Assembly: GCA_001179505.1 (NCBI GenBank)
Contig: CDMY01000498.1
Location: 936 to 64,935 of the forward strand
DNA: 64,000 nt
Source: Vitrella brassicaformis CCMP3155
Lineage: Eukaryota > Protista > Chromerida
Direction: 5' to 3'
Below the pieces are notes generated by a model, which saw only the letters and a list, made by a program, of their open reading frames with translations, was not told where the DNA came from and did not search any database. Below, one piece after another: positions 1 through 15,296 of this stretch. The position numbers were made by a program, and so were the translations under genes. Every line of letters starts with the position of its first letter. The first letter of the stretch is position 1.

Positions 1-2
1 AT

Positions 3-760
3 CGCCACATCGTCGAGCTTGGCAGTGGCTGCGGCTTCACGGGCATCGCTCTTCTGAAGACCGCCGCTGCATCCTCTTATGTGTTTACCGACTGGGAGCC
101 ATCTGTCTTGCGGCTGCTTCAATACAACACCCGCCTCAACAACCTGTCTGACCGCTGCAACGTCATCGTGCGGCGGCTCAGATGGGGTCAACGGGCCGAT
201 GTTTCCACGCCAGCTGATGATGGACATGGGAGAGGGAGCTGGCTCACTCGGTCACTTCGCTGGCTATGCAGGAGGCAGCAGCCGCCAGTCCAGTCGTTTG
301 ACCAACAAGACAGCTGCGGCGATCATCTGAGGTGTGACCTAGTGATAGGCGCTGATGTGGTGTATGGCGGCACAGACGTGGAGGGCCTCGTCAGCACAAT
401 GAGCCAGCTGCTTCAAGGCTGTCTGGAGGGAGAAGAGGAGGGAGCGACGGCTGGGCTGAAGAAGACAGTGAGGTGTGTGTTAGTGTGCCCGAGCAGCCGA
501 CAGGGGCTGGACAGGCTGGAGCATGCGCTGACCCAAGCCATGGACGGCAGGATGTCTGTGGATATCATTCGAGTACAGGTGAGAACGGCTGCACACGTTT
601 CCTGTCCATGTACTCAATGATTGATGTCTGGATGGGTCTGTGCCCTTGATTGCAGAATGACGGCATCATCCGCTTGCCGAGCGATGAGGCCGGGAGCAGC
701 AAAAGTGGCTCTTTGGTCAATGGAAGGGATGAGTACTGTGTCTTCGTGTGTAGTCTATGA
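3..760 (+). CDS. Seven-beta-strand lysine methyltransferase (Methyltransf_16; METTL21/EEF2KMT-like), 5'-truncated by the window edge
   Basis: The frame from nt 3 reads RHIVELGSGCGFTGIAL (SAM motif I), YVFTDW (post-I) and DLVIGADVVY (motif II/post-II). GT-AG intron at 579-655; last exon ends ...YCVFVCSL-TGA at 758-760. Confidence 0.85.
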
Positions 761-1148
761 CTGACCAACACTGACCCCCCTGCATGTAAGTGACGATGAG
801 CTGGATCAGCGAGGAAGAGCTCATTATTAGCGTCCCAGGATCAGATAGATTGAGTCGTGCAGTCATTCTGCGGCTTGCTATCCTCGCGATGAATGCGAGC
901 GGGTGCTTCCTGTTGCGTGCCGTTCGTTTGATTGTGCTGAAAGCCATGGACTTGGCCATTCCGTGAAACTGCTCGCGAAGAATGCGAGCTTTCCGTAAAG
1001 GGGAGGAGAGGAGGAGAGAGGGGAACCACTACATGCCAGCGCCCTTCCAGAGGTCTTATGATCTGCTCCACGAGATCTTTACCCGGCCAAGCTGAGCTCT
1101 GACGTCTGGGATTCCCTGCACACGTCCAATTCTCTTCGCTGGTCAAAG

Positions 1149-2220
1149 ATGGGCTCCACATCCATAAGCAGCGAAGCCAGACTTGTTCGGTTAGCGTCGA
1201 CGCTTAGCGAACGGATTCGACAGGAACAAAGCCCACAGAAACACCCTTTCCGTCTGTGTCTGCCGTGCACTGCAGCCAGTCACTATGGTCTGTTCTCGGC
1301 AAAGACGATGACGCCAGCGAGGAGGCCGTCATTGCATTCATCTGCGAGACCATCGTTGAGGAGCTCAAGTCGAGGAGTGTCGTTCTCATTGATGATATCA
1401 CAGCCCTTGTGGAGTCGCTGCTGCTGGAGGGGCTCGACGAGACCGACCGGGAGCTGAGTGAGATCTGCATCAGCCAATTGGCAAGCGACGGCGTCCTTGC
1501 AAAGCTGGGAGGCGAGAATGACGACGATGACGAGGCGGCTCAGGTCGGTGATGAGTGCCAGGCAATCATGAAGGAGGACGGGGAATGGCACGGTGCCGTG
1601 GTGGAGAGGCTCCCCGATGACAAAGCCATGGCCAGTGACAGGGACGGTGAAGCTCTCTACACTGTTCGCTTCTCCCAGTACGGCAACCTCCAGCGGACGA
1701 GGCGGTCGGACCTTCGGCTGCACCACGAGCTGGCGGATGACGGGGACACTGAGGGAGAGTGTGAGCTTTGTTTGAAGCGCCTGCCGCTGACCAAACATCA
1801 CGTCATTCCCAGGAGCACACACGTGAGGAGTGCGTGGCATTGCAGTGTTATTGTGGAGCTGTCTGTCTGTCTGTCTGTCTGTCTGTCATGGTTTGTATGA
1901 TTGCAGGCTCATTGGCTGAAGAAGGGCATGACGCAGCAGGAGCTCTCCCAAGGCATCATGATTTGCCGACCGTGCCATGACGTCACACACAGAATCGCAG
2001 GTACACAAGAGTGGCTGCTGAGGCCGGCCGTACACGAGAGTGCTCGTTGACATGATTGATGTGTCTGCGTGTGTGTCTGTGTGTGTCAGATCACATGACT
2101 CTTGCGACACAGTACAGGACAGTGGACCAGCTGCGTGACAACGAGGTGATGCGGAAGTGGCTGGCCTTTGCCCAGAAGGGACGCGGGGGAACCAGACAGA
2201 GAAGGGCAAGCAGACGGTAG
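1149..2220 (+). CDS. Acidic helical N-terminus + Tudor-like domain + Zn-binding HNH nuclease-like domain
   Basis: Exons 1149-1189, 1276-1822, 1907-2000 and 2090-2220 splice in phase. Tudor-like segment VGDECQAIMKEDGEWHGAVVE...YTVRFSQYGNLQ; HNH-like segment CELC-x5-TKHHVIP...ICRPCHDVTH, then RTVDQL...KWLAFAQK; TAG at 2218-2220. Confidence 0.75.
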
Positions 2221-2641
2221 CGTGGGTTGGTGGCTGACCTCATGTGTCTGTCACGGTCGGTCGCTTTGTGGATATATGCTGTGGACGGGGAGGGGAACTG
2301 CGACCGTATGTGTGTGTTGGTCAGCTTCTTGGTTGGTCAGGGGCCTGCCCGGCCAGGCAGATTGGATTGTGTGTGCACGTGTCGATTGACGGCTTCGGCT
2401 TGACACCGACCGACAGTGAATGAGCCGCATGCACTGTTTGTCCTACTGCAATGAAGATATTCGACGTGGGAAGATTCCGTGGTTGGTGTGCCGCCTGGCT
2501 GCCGCCACACCATCCATCCATCCATTCGTCCATTAGCTGTGACGATCTTGCGACAGAACAGCATACGACAAAGACTGAACAATCGGCTCGGTTGTCATGT
2601 TTGCGCCGCTCGTGCTGTCCATCTTTGATCCTCTGATCTCG

Positions 2642-2667
2642 TGGCAGTAGCGGTACCACTACTGCCA
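2642..2667. promoter_or_regulatory. Near-perfect 26-bp palindrome just upstream of the PRP4K ATG
   Basis: TGGCAGTAG-C-GGTACC-A-CTACTGCCA: 12 of 13 pairs are complementary. Function is unknown. Confidence 0.3.
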
Positions 2668-2687
2668 GTCAATAAGGCGCACCACAC

Positions 2688-7425
<4,738 letters not shown>

Positions 7426-8272
7426 GACAAGGACGTCTTATTTGGTGCTGCGTACTTCACTTCTACCATCTTCTACACAGCAGCTGAGCTGTCCACTCAC
7501 TGAGGAGGGAGGAGGGAGGGGACTGACCTCGGCAGTTTTTCAACCGAGACACATGCAGTGGGTGACCGTCGTGTATGGGTTGGGAGCGTTGGTGATATCA
7601 TGATGGTCCTCTGCTGCTCGGTGCTGACCTGTTGTTGCAGGGGAGGTGTGTCTGTCGTCACGCGAGCAGCGACTCACTCGCGCATCACGATGTCTGCCGG
7701 TCTGTCTGTGGTCTATCGTTTTGTGTGGTGCGGGCACTGGCTGCAGTCAGTCAGTCATCCAGTCCTCACACAAAGAGCCAAGGTAGGGCAGGGCACACCT
7801 CTCTGACTCACTCCCCTCTCCCCTCTGTGTACTGAAGATGGTGTGGCGTGCTGTGGTACAGTACATAGCAGACAGGCTACTGTATGTCTGTCTATGCAGT
7901 CGGTTGTGGCTGCCTGTCTTCCTACCTGCATCATGGTGATTTTCATATCGGCGAACCAATGCAATCAATGCATCTGTGGACCTCTCTCTTGTTGATGCCA
8001 TCGATGCATGACGCCACGCGTGCCTTCGCGTGGATTGGATGAGTGAAGAATGTACCCCTTCGTTCGTCAAGGGGCGGACGGGAGCGTCAACATTCAGTCA
8101 GGGGGAGGGATATCAATCAGCGTATGCACTGCACACACGGCAAAAGGGGCCATTTATCACATAGCTGTTGGTTTGTCGTATTGTACACTTGTGGGATGGC
8201 ATGCAATGCATGGCTATCCTACGCACACACCGACCCGCGGCCCAATCCACCACTCATCCATCCATCCATCCT

Positions 8273-9950
8273 TCAACCGCGCCGACGCATACTAGAAATG
8301 CTCTCACTGAGACAAGGACAGCACACACACAGACACATACACACCGAAGTCAACCGCCTCATCGTGCCCCTCCCTCCACAAACACAAACCGCACCTGTGT
8401 TGTCCATCTTTGACCTGTTGGTAGCAGTGTCGGCAGAATGCAGCCTCCTTGGGCATCACTCCCGCGATGAAACGGACCACACCTTCACCATACTTGCCAC
8501 CACACACCAGGCACCTGCACACCCACACAGACAGAGACACATCTTTCGAAACCGCAAATTGCGCCAATGGACGTGGCTGGCTGAGCTTACGGCAGCTGCG
8601 TCGGATTGTGATTGTCCCCCATGTCGTTGTCCTCACTCGTGTGGCCTTTGTTTCCCATTGCCCCCATCGCCTCCTCGACACACATGGAGCTGCAAGTCAC
8701 ACACCAACATTGCTGCAGTGGTCGGTCGGTTGGTATGCTTTGTGCTGACCTACCTGGGGTCTGAGGTGGCTGGTGAAGGCGCGGGGGCGTTGACATTGAG
8801 GGGAGGAAACTCACTGCATACAATACATATGTGACAGAACAGGCCAGCCATTGGGCGGACTGACTGGCGCTCCCACTCGTGCCTTACCCGTAGCTAAGTT
8901 GCGACATCGGCTGCAACGACCACAGCTTAGACCAACCTGCAAATCTGACACACACCACAACCGCACCACATAAATCCCATCCATTCGTCCCAATCCTTCC
9001 TTCTGCATACCGTGACTTGGGCGTCTCCTTCTGCTTGTCCACACCACCATTATTGCCTTCACCCAGCTGCAGTGCGGGTTGGGTGCCGACACACGCTGAT
9101 GATGCCTTCTTGTCCCGACACGGGGAAGGGGGACGGAGGGGGGATGGGAAACCGTCAGCACACGGGGAGGGCGGACGGAGGGGGGATGGAAATCCACACG
9201 ACGAGGGATGGCGGAGGGGCGACAATGAGGGACTCACACGCACCGGAAGCGGCTCGACGGCCTCCGCTGCCGTGGGTGTGTGTGTGCCGGTGGATGCCTG
9301 CTCGGAGTGATGATCAGGCTGGGGGTCAGTGGGCGACTGCTTCTTCTTCTTGACGGTGACGGAGACCTCCACATAGCGGAAGGCCGACACCGAGACCTTG
9401 CTCTTGTCGATGGGCACGAAGGCGCGGGAGGCGGGCTTGACCTTCTTCTTGTGTCTGCCGCCCTCCAGCTGCTCCCGCACCAGCTGCTCCAGAAGGAGCT
9501 GTCCGCCTCGCCGTCGGACGCACCATCGTCGATTATGCCTTCCCCCCCGCCATCCCCGCCGTCCTCGCCCTTCTGCTCTTATTGGTCTTGGGGTGGGGAA
9601 TGCACCAGCAGCCGTGGAGGTCGGCTTGCCTTATCCTTCTCATCCTTCTCCTCTGCTGCCTTGGCCGCCTCCTCCTCCCGCATCAGCTGCCGCGCACTCA
9701 CGAGCGCCTGGTGCTGCTGCTGTCGCGATACGGCCTGCTGTTTCTTGATCATCGCCGCGTGTTGAGTCCGTCGCTTATTGTGCCGCTTTTTGCATCCCAT
9801 GAGGTGAGGAATGCGCCAGCACTCGAGCCAGTAGAAGAACACCGTCAGCACGCCGACGAAGAAGCATGACGCCACGAGCAGCTCGGCGTTGGAGGGCTCA
9901 GCCTCGCGAACCTTCGGCAAGGGGAAGAGATATCTGTCCGGAGAATGCAT
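8273..9950 (-). CDS. Hypothetical protein: N-terminal TM helix, charged coiled region, C-terminal CxxC...CxxC Zn-ribbon; apparent 1-nt frameshift near 9630
   Basis: 5' ORF MHSPDRY...LLVASCFFVGVLTVFFYWL (TM). The downstream frame GKPTSTAAG...QLEGGRHKKKVKP splices in phase through small exons (FAGWSKLW, EFPPLNV, SMCVEEAM) to CLVCGGKY...FCRHCYQQ and ends SESISSMRRRG-TGA at 8275-8273. Confidence 0.5.
9119..9220 (-). repeat. Coding tandem repeat, about 42-bp unit (GFPSPLRPPSPC x2 plus a degenerate copy)
   Basis: Two near-identical copies 42 nt apart, with a third degenerate SPLRHPSSC unit. Confidence 0.7.
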
Positions 9951-10046
9951 CTTGTGCCCTCCTGCCGAACACACACCTGTTCGAAGGATCAATCTCTGCA
10001 CAGCCTTCACGCGCCCCTGGCCGCTCGTAAACTTTCAAAGGGCGAA

Positions 10047-12924
10047 ATGGCGGATGGTTCAGGAGGTTGTGTGGTCTCTCGCAAGGTGTGTGGTCTCTCC
10101 CACCACGTGTTCACCTACGACGCGTCGAATCTGCTGCCCATTCTCCACATCGGGCCGCAGATCACCATCCTGCCCGACGAAGAGGAAATGATGATGCCGA
10201 TGGGCGACTGCCACACGACGGACGATACCAATGCTCTCACCCCCGCCCTCCCCAAGCCATGCTGCGTTGAGGAGGAGCCAGCACCGCCACTGCCAGCAGC
10301 GGTCGTGACATTGCCTGCGGCTGAGAGTCAGCAGGAGGACAAGACGACGATGCACCACGGCCCGGATGCTTACGCATCGACACCAGCTGATGGTCCGACT
10401 GAGCGCAAGGGCGGGCGGGAGGGCAAGGAGATCAAGGAGGCGGTGACGATGAGTCGGCGTGACGGGGATGGGCATGGGCGTGGGCGTGAGTACGACACTA
10501 AGAAGGAGAGCAAGACCACCATCGCACACAACAAACAGCCAGAGGTGAGGAAACACGCCACCACCACAAGCAAACAAAGACGCATCGCATCTCGGTTCTC
10601 TCCGCTGTGTACTGTAGGTGTTTGACGAGGATGCTGCACCTGTGTTCCGCAGCGTCGGCAAGAGCAAGGACCTGATGGTCGACTGTGAGGGGGTGGACGT
10701 CGATGTGGGCGTGCAGGCGGGCGGTGGGATCGGGGCGGGGCTGTGGCAATGTACCGCTGTCGGGGCCGTGCAGGTGGACCTCATCACCACACCACACGTG
10801 GTGGAGACGTGCGAGGCGGGGGTCGATGCCCGGCCTCTCACCACTGGCGTAGAGATGGCCACCCAGGCCAAGCCACTCACGGCCGATTCCAACGCACACG
10901 CATCACCTGCCGTGCAAGACGCCGCTGCCCAAGTGTCCCTCACCCAACCGGACCAGCCGCAGCAAGCCCAGCCCACCCCNNNNNNNNNNNNNNNNNNNNN
11001 NNNNNNNNNNNNNNNNNNNNNNNNNNNNNNNNNNNNNNNNNNNNNNNNNNNNNNNNNNNNNNNNNNNNNNNNNNNNNNNNNNNNNNNNNNNNNNNNNNNN
11101 NNNNNNNNNNNNNNNNNNNNNNNNNNNNNNNNNNNNNNNNNNNNNNNNNNNNNNNNNNNNNNNNNNNNNNNNNNNNNNNNNNNNNNNNNNNNNNNNNNNN
11201 NNNNNNNNNNNNNNNNNNNNNNNNNNNNNNNNNNNNNNNNNNNNNNNNNNNNNNNNNNNNNNNNNNNNNNNNNNNNNNNAAGCCCAGCCCCCCCCCGCCC
11301 CCGCCCCTCCCACCCTCTCCCTGCGTCCCAAGAGCAATCTGCTCGTGGAGCTCGACCGTGCCTATGGACTGACCCGCGTGGCGGTGTCGGACGCGGCGTC
11401 GCCGACCGCCCCCAAGTACAAGCTGCTCTATTTCCCGGCCTCACGGTGCGCCACAGAGGGGAAAGGGGATGGGATGGAGAGACCAGTATTGATTCTCTGT
11501 GTGTGTGTGTGTGTGTGTGCAGTGGGAGTGCCGACATTGTGCGTTTGGCGCTGCGTGCAGAGGGCCTGGCGTATGAGGGTAATCTACACACAAAAACCTG
11601 CACATATCTGCACCGACCTGTCCCCTCTCTCTCTCTGTGTGTGTGTGTGTGTCAGAGTATCACATCAGTGGGAGGGACTTCAAGCGGGCCGGTGGCATCT
11701 TCTCTGCCAACGGTCTGCTGCCCAACCTGCCCTACCTGACGGACGGCCAGCAGGAGGCCGTGGGTGCGCTGCCCATCATGCGCTGGATCGCACACAAGAG
11801 CACCAATGGACTCATGACAAGTAACACACAGGGGGGCGGAACAGACTAACGTGCTGATTGCTGTGTTGTGGTTTGGCTGTGATGGTTGTGGTGTACTCAT
11901 TGCAGGTGAGAGTGACATGTGGCTGGACTACTGCATCACCCTACTCCAGAACATATGTGCGCATGGCACACACACACCCACTATATATGACGAAGCTCAC
12001 ACACACGAGCAAGCTGTGTGGGTCTGTGCATCTGTCTCTGTCTGTCTCTGTCTCTTTCTGTCTGTCAGGGGCCAACCAAGCTGTCACCACCCTGCCACAG
12101 AAGAGGTTGGTACTAACTAACAGACACGACACAGAGACATGGCGTCCGTCCGGAGACATGGCGTCCGTCCGTCCGTGAGTGTGTATGTATGTATGTGCCT
12201 CCCTCTGTAATGTCCGCACACCATGCACACGTGGCTGTGTGTGTGCAGGAGCTCGTACACGCAGGAGAAGGACAAGTTGGCCTACGAGAAGACACTCGTC
12301 ATACCAGCACTCACCGTCAGTCTCGGCCAGGCCACACGGATGGCATTGCGATGCTCATAGATCGTCCCATGATCCCATCTCCCTCCCCTGTGTGTGGTGT
12401 GAGTGCAGATGATTGACGGCGAGTTGCGCCGACAGACCAAGGGGCCATATGTGCTCGGCCAATCCATCTCATGTGTACGTTCGTTAGGGACTGACTGACA
12501 CGACGATCCGATCCACACACCATGCAGTGCAGTGCAGTGCACCACTGTGTTCACCCCCGCGATGTGATTTATGTATGTCTTGCAGGCTGACATCGCAGTG
12601 TTGAGTGTTGTCGACCTGGCCAAGCGGTGAGTGAGCGAGAAATGGATGGAAAATCCACAGAGTGCGTGTGCTGTGTTGTGTTGTGTTGTGTTGTGTCATG
12701 CCGTGATGGAGTGCAGCGAGTTTGGCGAGTCGATGATTGAGACCTTCAGCGGGTACTGTATTACCCACGCAGTGCACACCAGACAGATACCACGGATGGA
12801 TGGCATGGCAACACAGTCCGCCGACATTGGTGTGTGTGTGTGTGTGTGTGTGTGCAGCATCCAGCAGCTGTGCGGCGTGTGCGAGCCGCTGTGGGCCTTC
12901 CTGCAGGCGGAGGACAGACTATAG
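10047..12924 (+). CDS. Glutathione S-transferase (Tyr-type, mu/sigma-like) with a long acidic low-complexity N-terminal extension
   Basis: GST domain: PKYKLLYFPAS..ADIVRLAL, PNLPYLTDG, ALPIMRWIA, PYVLGQSIS-ADIAV, ending ...FLQAEDRL-TAG (12922-12924) over many micro-exons. There is no in-frame ATG between the gap and the GST domain. Fusion with exons 10047-10979 is inferred across the gap. Confidence 0.7.
10980..11279. other. Assembly gap (300 N)
   Basis: Run of N flanked by C-rich sequence. Confidence 0.99.
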
Positions 12925-14077
12925 ATAGCCACACCACACACACGTACACCAATTCCAAGCAACTAACTGATGTCAGTATTGTGATCGGGGGCCGGGTGGT
13001 GGCTGCACCACACGACACCTGGCACACCATGCAGACAGACCACAGAGGAGGAAAAGGCTACATGTGGTGCGGCAAGACATTTGCACGAGTGTTGAACATT
13101 TCATATATATGTGAGTGTGTGCGTGCAACATGTTCTTCCCGGCATCTGAAAGCCTTCGCCACCCAGAAGATAACATAAATGGCAAAATTGCTGCGAGAAG
13201 ATGCGACAAGGTCATCATGTAACTGACGGTCTCACAGACAGACATGTACACACGAAGCCGTCACCGTTGGTATGTGTGTTGGGTCTTGTGATGTGAACCC
13301 ACTCATTCCACCTCGTCTGGTCTGCCAGCATCCTTCTGCATGGCTTTCCGATGGATGAGTCTGTCTGTCTGTCTGTCTGACTCACTTGCGATTCCTTCTG
13401 TCTTTGTCGTCTGTCTGTGTCTCGTGTGTTTCACGCGTCTGTATCTGTATGTGTCTGTCTGTCTGTGAGTGTGTGTCGTGTCTTGTCATCTTATTAATTA
13501 TCCGCGGCTGAAGAGGCCAATGCCCCCGCCGCCGCCCCCGCTGGCCTGCAGCCGAGACCCAAACCCACCGCCACCAACAGCAGGCGTGGGAGGCCTGACG
13601 CACGCACGCACGCACACCACACACACAAACAGAAACCTATTTCAGCTCACATCTGTGCTGTGTTGGTCTCCCCCGAGCGGCCTGCCTGCCTTACCTTCTC
13701 ATGCGCGGCCCCCTGCCGAGTCCGAATGGCTTGGTGACGCCCGGTGTGGCGGCGCCGTTGCTGTTGCTGCCGCCCACGCCGAATCGCCCCTGCATGCCGT
13801 TCATGTTGCCGTGCCCGCCGTCCGCACCACCACCGCCAAACAGACGAGGGCCGTTGGGGGGGCTGTGGGTGCGGGCAGACTGGGCAGCCGCACCGAACAG
13901 ACCGGTGGATGCCTGGTGGTGAGTGCCTTCCTCAGGACGACTGACACACACACACGCCCGGACACACCGATGCACACGCAGAGCAGAGCAGACATGGCGT
14001 GTGTTGTTGGTGTGTAGGGGGGATGTGTGGTGTGTGATGTGTGTGTGGTCTGCTGACCGTGAGAAGACTTCTCTGGG

Positions 14078-15093
14078 TTAGTTGGCCTTGGCCTGTCCGT
14101 TGCCGAGGGCTGGTCGGTTGATGGCGTTGCCTGGCACGCCGCCGGCGACGTTGCCTGGCACGCCGCCGGCGACGTTGCCCCTTCCTCCGCCCATCATGCG
14201 CGCCTTGAGCTGTCTGTAGTTCTCCTCGAGCTTGGAGTGCTGGCGGTTTTTCTTGCTGTACAACTCCTTGTAGTGGTCCTGACACACAGACAGAACAGAA
14301 AGGAACCAAGCAAGGCAAATGACACACAACGGATGGATGGATGGATGGATGGCCGGGATGGTTGGCTCCCTCAGCCCCCCGCCCTCCTCCCACCCGTTCC
14401 TTGGCGATTTCTCTGAGCTCCTCCTTCATGTTTTCCTTCTCGGTGGACAGGCTGTTGATCTTATTCTCATACTCGGACAGGGCGGCGCGACACTCGGCCT
14501 CCAAACGACGCTTAGACGCCCGCTCGTCTGCACACACCACACACGTCCATCCATCCATCCATCATGAACACCACCCACACGATATCACACCGAAGTGGTG
14601 CCAACCCTACCCTGTGCTTCCTTCTTGGCGTCCCGAAGTTCCTGTATCTTCTGGAACGACCAGAACTCGAGTGACCCCATGGCGGCCTCCAGACAGTCGT
14701 TGGGCAGGAAGCCAATCAAACTCATCTGCACAAACCAACCAGACACACAACACACACACACGCTGACCATCCGTGGCATCAGATTTGGTCTTCCATCCAT
14801 CCAGTCCATCCATCCATCCATCATCCATCCATCCACCCGGCCTCCATCCCTGCCTCCCTCCCGGCCACCACCCCGCCCACCTGTTTTCTGTCGTTGATGG
14901 CTGTGCGGCTGAAGTCGACGAGCTTGATCTGACACTGGGCCTTGCACACGGGGCATGACTCGTTGCTCGAGAACCACTGCTCGGCGTGCTCCATGCAGAA
15001 CACGTGGGAGCATGACGTCAGGCAGCACTCACCAACCTCCCGCCCGCAGCCAGGCGCGTTGCACTTGAACGACAAAGCGTCAGAGCCCTCCAT
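14078..15093 (-). CDS. HEI10: HEI10/CCNB1IP1-like RING E3 ligase (meiotic crossover ZMM family); probably extends to 13498
   Basis: RING: FKCNAPGC..CCLTSCSHVFCMEH..SCPVC. MSLIGFLPNDCLEAAMGSLEFWSFQKIQE resembles the CCNB1IP1 motif MVLAGLRPE..RALAFWTYQVHQE. The coiled coil ends KKNRQHSKLEENYRQLK, like RNRQYQKLQGLYDSLR. In-frame TAA at 14080-14078. The comparison is from memory, not a database search. Confidence 0.8.
14127..14179 (-). repeat. 24-bp coding tandem repeat (GNVAGGVP x2) in HEI10
   Basis: TTGCCTGGCACGCCGCCGGCGACG occurs twice, plus a partial third copy. Confidence 0.85.
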
Positions 15094-15296
15094 CTCTGCG
15101 GAGGCCTGCGCGGCGGCTCCTCGCCGCTTGGTAAATTTCTTCTCTTGCGAGCTTGAGGGAAGGAAGGAGGAGCCTGCCACAGGGGCAAGGAGGGAGGTTA
15201 GGGCCGAGCCGAGTCCGACTTGCCACCGGCAGTCAATGCGGAGGGGCACCGCCATGAGGGCTGTGTGACGCAGCACTTTGCCGCGTCACCAACAGC

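Noticed and set aside
717-959. Minus-strand 80-aa ORF between the first two genes
   Set aside because: No motif, no supporting splice structure, and it overlaps the methyltransferase 3' end.
12134-12171. 19-bp tandem duplication (GAGACATGGCGTCCGTCCG x2)
   Set aside because: Intronic slippage product with no effect on coding.
9579-14080. Possible reassignment of TAA to a sense codon (in-frame TAA at 9581-9579 and 14080-14078)
   Set aside because: The first case is explained better by a 1-nt frameshift. The second is a single instance in about 20 genes whose Gln codons are CAG/CAA, and the HEI10 tail itself ends in TAA.
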